A model generated the notes under the pieces. The model was not told where the DNA came from. It searched no databases and saw only the letters and a program-made list of their open reading frames with translations. This document shows, piece by piece, positions 35,209 through 43,890 of a DNA stretch of 45,884 nt. Positions within the stretch are counted from its first letter, which is position 1. Every line of letters starts with the position of its first letter. The translations under genes and the position numbers were made by a program. The stretch is from positions 1-45,884 of the IMG/VR virus record IMGVR_UViG_3300045988_146045. One strand, 5' to 3'. This stretch comes from a virus.

Positions 35209-37605
35209 ATGATTAATACAAACGAAGAATTTAATTCATCGGTCATAGCACAAGACCGTGTTATCAATGCCAAAGTTATTTTTAATGGCACAACAGAATT
35301 AATCAATGAAGTCATATCTGTTGTTTTAGACGAAATTTCTTGTAGCGAATCAACTTTAAAAATTGGTGAAATAAACACTAATAAAGCAACTGTAAAATTC
35401 AAAATGCCTGATAACAAGATTCCATTAAAAAATAGTACAGTAAAAATTTATAGTGGTGTAAATGGTGTTTATGTATGTAAGGGTACATATTACACAGCTG
35501 AGATTGATAAATCAGACAACAGCGACTTTATAACAGTTGTAGCTTATGACAGCACATATCGTTTAAATAAAACATATATACCTGATATTGAATACCCTAA
35601 TAGTTTATCGAATGTAATAAATGATATTTGTAGCCAGTGTAATATCTTGCACGATATAAAAAATATACCGGACATTATAATTGATGGATATATTGATAAT
35701 ATGACGTGTAAACAATTCCTAGGCTATATGATGGGCTTAATGGGGTGTAATGGAACAATAAATCCAGACGATAAATTAATCGCATATTGGTACAAGGATT
35801 GTGGTATTGAGATAACTTATGATTTGCAGTTTATGAACGGTTTCAACAGAACTACTGACGAGGACATAGTAATCAACTCGTTAACAAGCGGTGATAGTGA
35901 AAATGTACTGGTAGCTGGAAATGGATTCGGTATAACTTTCGAAAATCCGTATATGAAACAAGAAATATTAGACAGTATATTTGAGCGGATTAAAGGTTTT
36001 ACATACACACCATGTACTGTAGAGTGGCGAGGTAACCCAGCTTTAGAAATAACTGATATTGTTAAAGTTGAAGATAAAAATGGTGTTTTACATAATGTAC
36101 TGCTAAGTGAACATACAATAGTGCTTACGGGCATGAAATCGAACATAACTTGTAAAGGTGAAACTGAAATAGATACAGTTATGAATCAGTCACCTACAGA
36201 CATTAAACTAAATAAGCTGTATGCCACATTAACAAATGCTTTTAAAAATACTACTGATAAAATTTTAGGCAATCAGGGCGGTTATTACAGAATTGATATG
36301 AACGACGAAGGTTTTCCTTCAGGATGGACTATCATGAATACTCCTGAATTAAGGGATGATACACATTTGTGGAGATTTACAGCCGGTGGTCTAGGCTATT
36401 CTGAAGATGGTGGGAAGACATTTAAAAATTTAGCCTTTGACCTTGATGGTAATTTCAATGCAAATGTTATTACAACTGGTATATTGCAAGGTGAAATGTT
36501 TGAACTTGATTTACAGACGGGTGTTATTAAGATTGGGAAACGTGATTCAGAGGGTGAAATAAGCAATCCTAGCTTTTATCTAAACGAAAAAGGCGAGTTA
36601 ACAATAAAAGCCTTTGAAGAAATAAAAGAGGAGCTACAAGCTAAAAAATACCTCGTGAGTATTGAAAATACCGGTACTACATTAAATGAACCTAGTGATT
36701 TAATAACTTTAGACGCTAAGGTATATGATGGCAATAATGATGAAACAAACAACATAAGCAGTATTAGTTTTAACTGGTACAGAGTATCGAGTGATAGCGA
36801 AAGCGATAAAACTTGGAATAACAGTCACAAAGGGAAACGTTCGATAATATTAACACCTGACGATGTAAATGTTAACGGCAGTTTCTATTGTGAAATAACA
36901 TTACCGATTGGTACTAGAAAAACACTGTCTATAAGCATAACTGATAATAATGACATTGCTAATCTAGAAGGCAGTTTCTTGGATGTCACTGGTGTCAATA
37001 CAGTTCAATCATATGATGAAGGTTATGTACCAAACTGGGAAGAAACCCCAGCAGTTATTACCCCAGCGGTTTTAGATGGATTATTAAATGTAGATTTAAA
37101 TAACTGCACACTGGTTTGGAAACGTAATAATAATGGAACGGAGACAGATTTAATAGAGGGTGAGAGTGTCTTAAACGGTATCCTAACAGTAAATAAAAAT
37201 GTTATGTCTAAAGGACGTCCATATATAACATATATTTGCTATGTAACTTATAAAAATGCAACAAAAAAACTTAGTGTAACGTTTATGCTTAATATCGATG
37301 GCAAGGATGCATTAGTTCTTAAAATAGACAGTTCAAATGGCTATATATTTAAAAATACTGGTGTGTCTACTACGATGACAGTTCAAATATTTGTGGCTGG
37401 TGAAATAATAGATACATCTCAAAAAATGTATAATTATTTTGGCGATAAAGCGAAGATACTTTGGGAAGTAAAACATATTAAGGAAACAGACTTTACAGCG
37501 TTAGATCCAGCTGATTCTAGATTAACGGACAATGGATTTATATTAACGCTAACATCAAATGATATAAATGAAAAAGCAACATTTAGATGTTTTTTAGATT
37601 TTTAG
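35209..37605 (+). CDS. Tail-associated structural protein (Tal-like / prophage tail endopeptidase-type N-domain) with a C-terminal domain shared with the next gene
   Basis: About 800 aa after the tape measure gene; the C-terminal ~80 aa (SSNGYIFKNTGVSTTMTVQIF...ATFRCFL) is homologous to the C-terminus of ORF 37620..38633. Confidence 0.5.
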   Translation: MINTNEEFNSSVIAQDRVINAKVIFNGTTELINEVISVVLDEISCSESTLKIGEINTNKATVKFKMPDNKIPLKNSTVKIYSGVNGVYVCKGTYYTAEIDKSDNSDFITVVAYDSTYRLNKTYIPDIEYPNSLSNVINDICSQCNILHDIKNIPDIIIDGYIDNMTCKQFLGYMMGLMGCNGTINPDDKLIAYWYKDCGIEITYDLQFMNGFNRTTDEDIVINSLTSGDSENVLVAGNGFGITFENPYMKQEILDSIFERIKGFTYTPCTVEWRGNPALEITDIVKVEDKNGVLHNVLLSEHTIVLTGMKSNITCKGETEIDTVMNQSPTDIKLNKLYATLTNAFKNTTDKILGNQGGYYRIDMNDEGFPSGWTIMNTPELRDDTHLWRFTAGGLGYSEDGGKTFKNLAFDLDGNFNANVITTGILQGEMFELDLQTGVIKIGKRDSEGEISNPSFYLNEKGELTIKAFEEIKEELQAKKYLVSIENTGTTLNEPSDLITLDAKVYDGNNDETNNISSISFNWYRVSSDSESDKTWNNSHKGKRSIILTPDDVNVNGSFYCEITLPIGTRKTLSISITDNNDIANLEGSFLDVTGVNTVQSYDEGYVPNWEETPAVITPAVLDGLLNVDLNNCTLVWKRNNNGTETDLIEGESVLNGILTVNKNVMSKGRPYITYICYVTYKNATKKLSVTFMLNIDGKDALVLKIDSSNGYIFKNTGVSTTMTVQIFVAGEIIDTSQKMYNYFGDKAKILWEVKHIKETDFTALDPADSRLTDNGFILTLTSNDINEKATFRCFLDF

Positions 37606-37619
37606 GAGGAAATAAGTAA

Positions 37620-38633
37620 ATGGCAATAAAAGCAACAGCAGAGCAAGATGTGCTTGATATAACAGACGGCTATTCAATACATTTAAGTAATGATAATTAT
37701 ACGTTTCAGGGAACTACAACATCAGTAGAAGGAACTCAGTCATTAACTTGCAAAATAACTGCTATAAGAGGTTCGGATAAAATGGTGTGTTCAGTTGGGG
37801 ATATTACAGCTCCAACGGGATTAAGTATAGTTTCAGATGGGAAAACACCAGAACCAACATTAACGATAACTGCAACAAGCGCATTAACTAAGAGCGGAAG
37901 TGTTATTATTCCGGTAAAAACAGAAGATGTTACAATTGAAAAAGTATTCAGTTGGTCGATAGCATTTAAAGGAAATAATGGTACAAGTGTTACAGTATCG
38001 AATACAAGCATAACATATCAAGTTGGTACTTCGGGAACGACTGCGCCAAACGGTTCATGGACAACCGCAATTCCTTCTGTTCCTTCAGGACAGTATTTAT
38101 GGACAAAAACAGTAGTAACCTATAGTGATGGTAAATCTACTACAGCATACAGTGTGTCAAGAAATCCTACAAACGGTACAAATGGTACGAGTGTTACAGT
38201 TAAATCAACGGTTACAGAATATCAGGCAAGTAATTCCGGAACTACTGTACCAACTGGTTCATGGTCTAGTACACCAGTTGCTGGGAACCCCGGTCAATAC
38301 GTATGGACTAGAACAACCGTAACCTATTCAGACAATAAAACAGCAGTATCGTATTCTATCTCAAGAAATGGCACTAATGGTGCAGATTCGATCACTATGG
38401 CAATCAAATCTTCAAATGGAGTTATCTTTAAAAATACCGCTATCGCAACAACTTTAACAGCTCGCGTATTTAAGGGTGGGGTAGAAGTTACTGGCAGTGC
38501 ATTAACTGCACTAGGAACGATTAAGTGGTACAAAGATGGTGGTTCAACAGCTGTAGCAACTGGTTCTAGTTTAACGATTAACGCTGGTGACGTTAATAAT
38601 AAAGCAACTTATACAGCGCAGTTAGAGGGATAG
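37620..38633 (+). CDS. Tail fibre / receptor-binding protein with three ~47-aa internal tandem repeats (GTNGTSVTV...GQYLWT.T.VTYSD..)
   Basis: Internal repeats are visible in the translation; shares its C-terminal domain with the upstream Tal-like protein. Confidence 0.5.
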   Translation: MAIKATAEQDVLDITDGYSIHLSNDNYTFQGTTTSVEGTQSLTCKITAIRGSDKMVCSVGDITAPTGLSIVSDGKTPEPTLTITATSALTKSGSVIIPVKTEDVTIEKVFSWSIAFKGNNGTSVTVSNTSITYQVGTSGTTAPNGSWTTAIPSVPSGQYLWTKTVVTYSDGKSTTAYSVSRNPTNGTNGTSVTVKSTVTEYQASNSGTTVPTGSWSSTPVAGNPGQYVWTRTTVTYSDNKTAVSYSISRNGTNGADSITMAIKSSNGVIFKNTAIATTLTARVFKGGVEVTGSALTALGTIKWYKDGGSTAVATGSSLTINAGDVNNKATYTAQLEG

Positions 38634-38637
38634 TTTT

Positions 38638-39279
38638 ATGGCTGTTAAAGCATATGCGCTTATAACATTAACAGACTGTTATGACGGTACAGACGGTACG
38701 GTTCATAGTGCTACTGCACCTAGTGATAAAACTAAGTTATGGTTTGATACAACTGATAATCTTCTAAAATACTGGAACGGTACTACATGGGAAGTGACTA
38801 ATGATTTTGCTGGTGATATCAATGATATGAAGCAGAATATTACCACTGAATATACTTCTGCGATCAACCAGCTTAAAGAATCGCTGACTACACTGGTTGA
38901 AAAACTACAGACTACCACTACTGACAATTCAACTTTGATAGAGCAGTTATCATCACAGATTGTTCAAAATTCTAGTTCTATATCACTGGTTACAAACAGT
39001 ATTAAAAGTATTACCGACAATATAAGTGGTCTGGCTACGAAAGAAGAAATTTCACAGTGGGCACGTTTTGAAAATGGAGTATTGGAGTTGGGTGCAAGCA
39101 ACAGTCCCTTTGCTGTTAAATTATCTAATACGGAATTAGGGTTCTATCAAAATGGAAGCAGAATAGCATATCTGTCAAACCAACAGCTTAACATTGAATA
39201 TGCCATTGTAATGACAAAATTGAATATCGGAACATTCAGCTGGAATTATGATGCTACTGATGGTCTGACATTAACTTAG
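38638..39279 (+). CDS. Tail fibre protein (N-terminal KLWFDTTDNLLKYWNGTTW motif plus coiled coil)
   Basis: Motif resembles tail-fibre N-terminal domains of Firmicutes prophages. Confidence 0.45.
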   Translation: MAVKAYALITLTDCYDGTDGTVHSATAPSDKTKLWFDTTDNLLKYWNGTTWEVTNDFAGDINDMKQNITTEYTSAINQLKESLTTLVEKLQTTTTDNSTLIEQLSSQIVQNSSSISLVTNSIKSITDNISGLATKEEISQWARFENGVLELGASNSPFAVKLSNTELGFYQNGSRIAYLSNQQLNIEYAIVMTKLNIGTFSWNYDATDGLTLT

Positions 39280-39290
39280 GAGGTGTGTGA

Positions 39291-41066
39291 ATGGCAACTT
39301 TTGGAACAAGTAATAAATATATAAACTACAGTGTTAACAGTCAGGAATTATCGTATGACATAAATTCAAACACCTCTGTTGTACGAGTTTGGATAGACGT
39401 ATGGCGGACAAACACTGGTTATACTACATATGGAACAGGAACAGTGTATGCTCGCATAAACGGCGGAGTATACAGTGCTGGTATAAGTACTGGACAGAAA
39501 ATAACATCAACACCGATTCGCTTAGGTACATGGGATGTTACTGTCGGTCATAATGCTGACGGTTCAAAAGCTATAAGCGTTACTGGTTGGATAAGTCACA
39601 GCCAGTTCAGTTCTTCGGAACAGGGCTATACCCATACGTTAACTACAATCCCAAGGCAGGCTAACATTACAGAAAGTAGCAATTTCACAGATGTTCAAAA
39701 TCCAACTATTAAATTCAGTAATCCAGGTGGCTTTAATATGAGCGTCTGGTTAGAGCCTAACCCAAACGGACCACATCTTGCAGTTAGGGATAATATTCCC
39801 AACACGGGGAGTTATACATGGAAATTAACTGATGAAGAACGAAACCAGTTAAGAGAAGCGTGTAAAGGGAAAACTTGTACTATTCGTATAGGGTTATATT
39901 CTAACAATAAGCAGTGGGCAAGCTATCACGATAGAACATATACTATAACCAACGCTAATCCCAGCTTTACAAGTATTACTGCAACACCGGTAAATCCATT
40001 TGGTTCGTTGTATTTGCAAGGTAAATCAAGTATTAAATTAACAATAAATGGTGCTAAGGGGATATATGGAAGTACTATAACCACTTACAGTATAAAAGGT
40101 GGAGATTACAGTTATAGTGGTGAATCGAACACCTATACTACCGATGTTTTAAGTAAATCAGGTGATATAACATTCACCGCAACAATTACAGACAGCAGAG
40201 GATTTACAGCAAGTAAAACGGTTAAAGTCACGGTTACTGCGTATACACTGCCGACATTAACTTTTGAAACATACAGATGCGACAGTTCGGGAACTAAAGA
40301 TATAATCAAGGGTACTTATATTTATGTTAAGCCTACATTTACTTATTGTGTTATAACTGGGAATGCAATAAAAACTAAAAGTATAAAAATCAACAATACA
40401 GGTAAATCAACTGCGTTTAACAGTGGACAAGGATATGTATTTAGTGGTTATGCGTTAAATACTACCCATGAGGTAGAAGTTTCCATTACTGATAATGTTG
40501 GAAATACAGTAACCGTAATTCACGATATAGATATTGGTAAAGTTATACTTAATATTCCCCCTCACAAAAACGGTGTCGGCTGGGGACGTTATTGCAATAA
40601 AGAAGGAGAATTTCAAATTGAGTATGACTTGAATGTATTTGGAAAAATATTAAAAAATAATGAAGAAGTTCCATTGTTTAAGAAAAACAGTAATTATATA
40701 GTACCTCCTAGTCCTATTGAAAAAAATAATATTTATTTTAAATACTCTGAAAATGAACAATGGACTGGTGAATATAACTACGATGGTAAGAAAATTTATA
40801 TTAAAACAGCATCGTTTATAACAAGTTCATCTAATGTAGGTGCTTGGGCTTCTACTGGAATAATCTTAGCAAATATGTATAGGGTACTAGATATTAGAGG
40901 GTATTCTGATGATGGCGCTCAGTTTAATACTTATCCAAGATACGAAAGTAGTTCATATTTTCTAAATTTATGTTCTGGCGTACAAAAAGATATTTTATAT
41001 ATGTGCGCTGGTTATCCTAGTAAAAAAATAACTCTAAATATTCTTTATACTAAAACAACAGATTAG
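39291..41066 (+). CDS. Phage minor structural / putative receptor-binding protein (591 aa)
   Basis: Position between the fibres and the lysis cassette; beta-rich sequence. Confidence 0.45.
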   Translation: MATFGTSNKYINYSVNSQELSYDINSNTSVVRVWIDVWRTNTGYTTYGTGTVYARINGGVYSAGISTGQKITSTPIRLGTWDVTVGHNADGSKAISVTGWISHSQFSSSEQGYTHTLTTIPRQANITESSNFTDVQNPTIKFSNPGGFNMSVWLEPNPNGPHLAVRDNIPNTGSYTWKLTDEERNQLREACKGKTCTIRIGLYSNNKQWASYHDRTYTITNANPSFTSITATPVNPFGSLYLQGKSSIKLTINGAKGIYGSTITTYSIKGGDYSYSGESNTYTTDVLSKSGDITFTATITDSRGFTASKTVKVTVTAYTLPTLTFETYRCDSSGTKDIIKGTYIYVKPTFTYCVITGNAIKTKSIKINNTGKSTAFNSGQGYVFSGYALNTTHEVEVSITDNVGNTVTVIHDIDIGKVILNIPPHKNGVGWGRYCNKEGEFQIEYDLNVFGKILKNNEEVPLFKKNSNYIVPPSPIEKNNIYFKYSENEQWTGEYNYDGKKIYIKTASFITSSSNVGAWASTGIILANMYRVLDIRGYSDDGAQFNTYPRYESSSYFLNLCSGVQKDILYMCAGYPSKKITLNILYTKTTD

Positions 41067-41164
41067 GAGCTGAGATTATGGTAATTAGAAAAAGAGTAAT
41101 AGATAGAAGAACATATTTTAAGGGCTATTGGAGATAGATATTGATAAGAAAGTTGAGGAAAATT

Positions 41165-41407
41165 ATGATTAAAACACATGAATTAGACGTTACAGCAAGT
41201 AAATTTGCTGAACTTTTAGAATCGAACTACAAGATTCTAAAACAAAATGATTACGAGCAGAACGATTATATTTTATTTAGAGAAATCGAAACTGTCGAAG
41301 AAGAAGTCAATTATACTTCGAAATCACAGCTAACGCAGATTAAACAGATTATTAATGATGAAGGTATCAAGGAAGGCTATGTATTAGCTGTACTTAATAA
41401 AATTTAA
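41165..41407 (+). CDS. Hypothetical protein (from MIKTHELDV)
   Basis: RBS GAGGAAA before ATG 41165. Confidence 0.4.
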   Translation: MIKTHELDVTASKFAELLESNYKILKQNDYEQNDYILFREIETVEEEVNYTSKSQLTQIKQIINDEGIKEGYVLAVLNKI

Positions 41408-41420
41408 GGAGGAAACTGTT

Positions 41421-41678
41421 ATGAAGATTAATTGGAAAGTAAGAATTGCTAACAAACAATTTTGGCTGAGTGTTATTCCAGCGGTATTGTTAGTTATTCA
41501 GGTAGTGGGGGCGGTGTTTGGCTATACACTAGATTTTGGCGATTTAGGTAATAAGTTATTAGCTGTAGTAAATGCCGTATTTGCATTACTTGTTATTTTG
41601 GGAGTTGTTGTTGATCCTACAACTCAAGGGGTTAGTGATTCCGAACGTGCTCAACAATATGACAAACCAGTTAAGTAG
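41421..41678 (+). CDS. Holin (Phage_holin_1 family)
   Basis: N-terminus MKINWKVRIANKQFW, two TM helices, and the conserved DPTTQGVSDSERAQQY tail. Confidence 0.75.
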   Translation: MKINWKVRIANKQFWLSVIPAVLLVIQVVGAVFGYTLDFGDLGNKLLAVVNAVFALLVILGVVVDPTTQGVSDSERAQQYDKPVK

Positions 41679-41686
41679 GTGATTGT

Positions 41687-41911
41687 ATGAGCGATGTAGT
41701 AGTTACCGCTATTATAAGTGGTTTGTGCGTTGCTATCCCATCAGTAATAGCAACGATGAGCAGTAATAACAAATCAAATGCGTTGATGAATTATAGAATT
41801 GATGAATTGACTAAGGAGGTCGAAAAACATAATTCTGTAGTCGAACGTATGGCTGTTGTAGAAAACAGCCTAAAATCAGCACATCATCGTATTGATGAAT
41901 TAAAAAAGTAA
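41687..41911 (+). CDS. Holin-associated small membrane protein (N-terminal TM plus C-terminal coiled coil; XhlA-like role possible)
   Basis: TM helix followed by a coiled coil; sits between the holin and the endolysin. Confidence 0.4.
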   Translation: MSDVVVTAIISGLCVAIPSVIATMSSNNKSNALMNYRIDELTKEVEKHNSVVERMAVVENSLKSAHHRIDELKK

Positions 41912-41951
41912 TGAGCCTTGAGCCTACTTTTAAATAAGGAGGTTTTTATTT

Positions 41952-42845
41952 ATGTCAAAAACAGCAAATGAATTAGTAAATTTCGCAAAATCTAAATTAG
42001 GTACTAACTATGTATACGGGATGAAAGGAGCTGTATTAACAGATTCTAAATTAAGATCGTTAGCTAACAGCTATCCAAAATATCTTACATATAATAAGGA
42101 AAAAGGAAAAATCGGAACAGTGTGTACTGACTGTAGCGGACTTATTAGCTGGTGCACTAGTAAAGTAAGAGGATCTAGTCAATATAAAGAAACTGCTACA
42201 CGCATTGAACCTATAAGTAATATAAGCGGTGCAGTAGCTGGTTGTGCTTTATGGCAGCAAGGACATATTGGTATTTATATCGGAAATGGAGAATGTATCG
42301 AAGCTCGTGGAAGTGCATATGGTACAGTTAAAACAAAAGTAGCAAACAGAAAATTCACACATATATTATGGTTATGTGATATTGATTATGATAATTCTGT
42401 TCAGGTTCCACAAGAGCCTAGTGGGGTTAGTTATAAAGTTAAAGTCGATACGCCAAGCGGTGTAAACTGTCGTAATGCTCCAAACGGTGCAAAGGTTAAG
42501 GCTTATGCCAACGGTACAGAATTGACTATTACACAAGAATCAAATGGTTGGGGATTTACTGGCGAAGGCTGGGTATCTCTACAATATTGCAAAGTTCAAG
42601 ATAGTGTAGCACAAAATTTAGGGACTTATGAAGTAACCGCCAGTGATTTAAGTGTTCGTACTGGTCCGGGAGAAAACTTTAGAAGAAAAACATATAATGA
42701 ATTAACTGAAGATGCAAAAAAACATGATTATGATAAAGACGGATGTATCAGCGAAGGTACAAGAGTAACTGTTAAAGAATGGTCGAACGGATGGGCCAGA
42801 ATTCCTAGTGGTTGGGTGTCTGGAAAATACTTAAGAAAGGTGTAA
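41952..42845 (+). CDS. Endolysin: NlpC/P60 (Cys-His) peptidase plus two SH3b (SH3_3) cell-wall-binding domains
   Basis: Catalytic Cys in CTDCSGLISW and His in HIGIYIG; two C-terminal repeats of the GW/SH3_3 type. Confidence 0.8.
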   Translation: MSKTANELVNFAKSKLGTNYVYGMKGAVLTDSKLRSLANSYPKYLTYNKEKGKIGTVCTDCSGLISWCTSKVRGSSQYKETATRIEPISNISGAVAGCALWQQGHIGIYIGNGECIEARGSAYGTVKTKVANRKFTHILWLCDIDYDNSVQVPQEPSGVSYKVKVDTPSGVNCRNAPNGAKVKAYANGTELTITQESNGWGFTGEGWVSLQYCKVQDSVAQNLGTYEVTASDLSVRTGPGENFRRKTYNELTEDAKKHDYDKDGCISEGTRVTVKEWSNGWARIPSGWVSGKYLRKV

Positions 42846-42852
42846 AGTAGTA

Positions 42853-43029
42853 ATGGTTAAGGTTAAAGTAGTGAGAGGTGCTGTAGATATGGACGGGGAT
42901 AAACTCCCGTTCTATTTATGGGATTCGTATTTTACGGTTGTTGAAGAAATGCCAACATATAGCATCATAATGACTGGTAATAGAACATTCAAATTTAAAA
43001 ATGAATTTATTATAAAGGAAGGTAAATAG
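42853..43029 (+). CDS. Hypothetical small protein (58 aa); approximate coordinates
   Basis: ATG 8 nt after the endolysin stop; ends 1 nt before the next ORF; not in the track. Confidence 0.3.
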   Translation: MVKVKVVRGAVDMDGDKLPFYLWDSYFTVVEEMPTYSIIMTGNRTFKFKNEFIIKEGK

Positions 43030-43030
43030 C

Positions 43031-43216
43031 ATGGTAAAAGTAATAGCGGATGCATTAAATGTTAGAAGTGAAAATCGAGTTAATGAAAGAAATGTAATTG
43101 GTATTGTCTATAAAGGTGATGAATTAGAAGTAATTAAACAAGGACCGAAGTGGACAGAGATAAAATACAAAGATAAAAAGGCATATGTAATGAATGAATT
43201 TATTGAAAAAATCTAG
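43031..43216 (+). CDS. Stand-alone SH3b (SH3_3) domain protein (61 aa)
   Basis: Sequence VIADALNVRSENRVNERNVIGIVYKGDELEV...WTEIKY is typical of bacterial SH3_3. Confidence 0.55.
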   Translation: MVKVIADALNVRSENRVNERNVIGIVYKGDELEVIKQGPKWTEIKYKDKKAYVMNEFIEKI

Positions 43217-43245
43217 AGCATTAGATCTAGATTTTTTTAGTAGCT
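43211..43245. terminator. Bidirectional terminator (tctaga-n8-tctaga plus T7) between convergent genes
   Basis: Hairpin with a T-run on the plus strand and an A-run on the other side. Confidence 0.5.
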
Positions 43246-43410
43246 TGATGTGTGTTGGATTATACGCTTTTGTTTTTCTATATCGTGTTTGCAGTCTATA
43301 ATCTGTTGTTCTTTATCAGGGTTGTTTGAAAATTCTAAAAAATTTAATTTTTCTTCAAGTACAGAAAGTCTGCGTTTTGCTTCTTGCATTTTCTTATCTT
43401 TTAAGTTCAT
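43237..43410 (-). CDS. Small coiled-coil protein (57 aa, MNLKDKKMQEAKRRLSVLEEKL...); approximate coordinates
   Basis: Strong RBS GAGGTG 8 nt upstream on the minus strand. Preferred over the overlapping plus-strand track ORF 43250..43435, which has no RBS. Confidence 0.4.
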   Translation of the reverse strand: MNLKDKKMQEAKRRLSVLEEKLNFLEFSNNPDKEQQIIDCKHDIEKQKRIIQHTSSY

Positions 43411-43699
43411 AAATTACACCTCATTCTTATTATAAATATTTTGTGTATTAAAGTCACTTATGATGTAATCCAAAACCTAATTATTGATTAAATGTTTAAT
43501 TTTTATTTTTTTGTGCTATTATCGATATTAGGGGATGGATTTATTATAAAAATATACATAAACACAAACCGTTAATACTAAACTTTTTTTAATCCTCCCT
43601 CATGTCTGGAACTCTCTAAACTCCAGACGTTTTTATTATATGATAGAGAGGTATTTGGAGGATAATTTTTAGCCTTAAGAAACAATATAAAATATACTA

Positions 43700-43890
43700 A
43701 ATTAGTAACAAATTAGTAACAAACAGCTTGAAACCCTTATTATAGCGTGATATTTTTTTCAAGAGTTGAAAGAAAAAATATAAAATACGTACGAAATTTG
43801 ACATTTTTCGTACGTATTTATACTATAAATAATATATATTAGTAACAAACTAGTAACAGTAAAAAATTATTTTTTCATATTTGTTACTAA
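43700..43890. repeat. Putative attP arm region: five copies of (AT)TAGTAACA(A), four direct and one inverted, ending at the int stop codon
   Basis: Tandem ATTAGTAACAA x2 at 43701-43722; TTAGTAACAAA at 43839; TAGTAACAG at 43851; inverted TTGTTACTAA at 43881-43890. Confidence 0.5.
43797..43826 (+). promoter_or_regulatory. Promoter-like TTGACA-17-TACTAT flanked by the inverted repeat acgtacgaaa / tttcgtacgt
   Basis: Read directly; orientation is antisense to int. Confidence 0.35.

Noticed and set aside
37620-38633. Tandem-repeat fibre as a diversity-generating retroelement target
   Set aside because: No reverse transcriptase gene and no template-repeat copy anywhere in the window. The repeats are in-gene tandem duplications.
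43250-43435. Plus-strand 61-aa Cys-rich ORF from the track
   Set aside because: No RBS. The opposite strand carries a 57-aa coiled-coil ORF with a strong GAGGTG RBS and a terminator, which is the more plausible gene.
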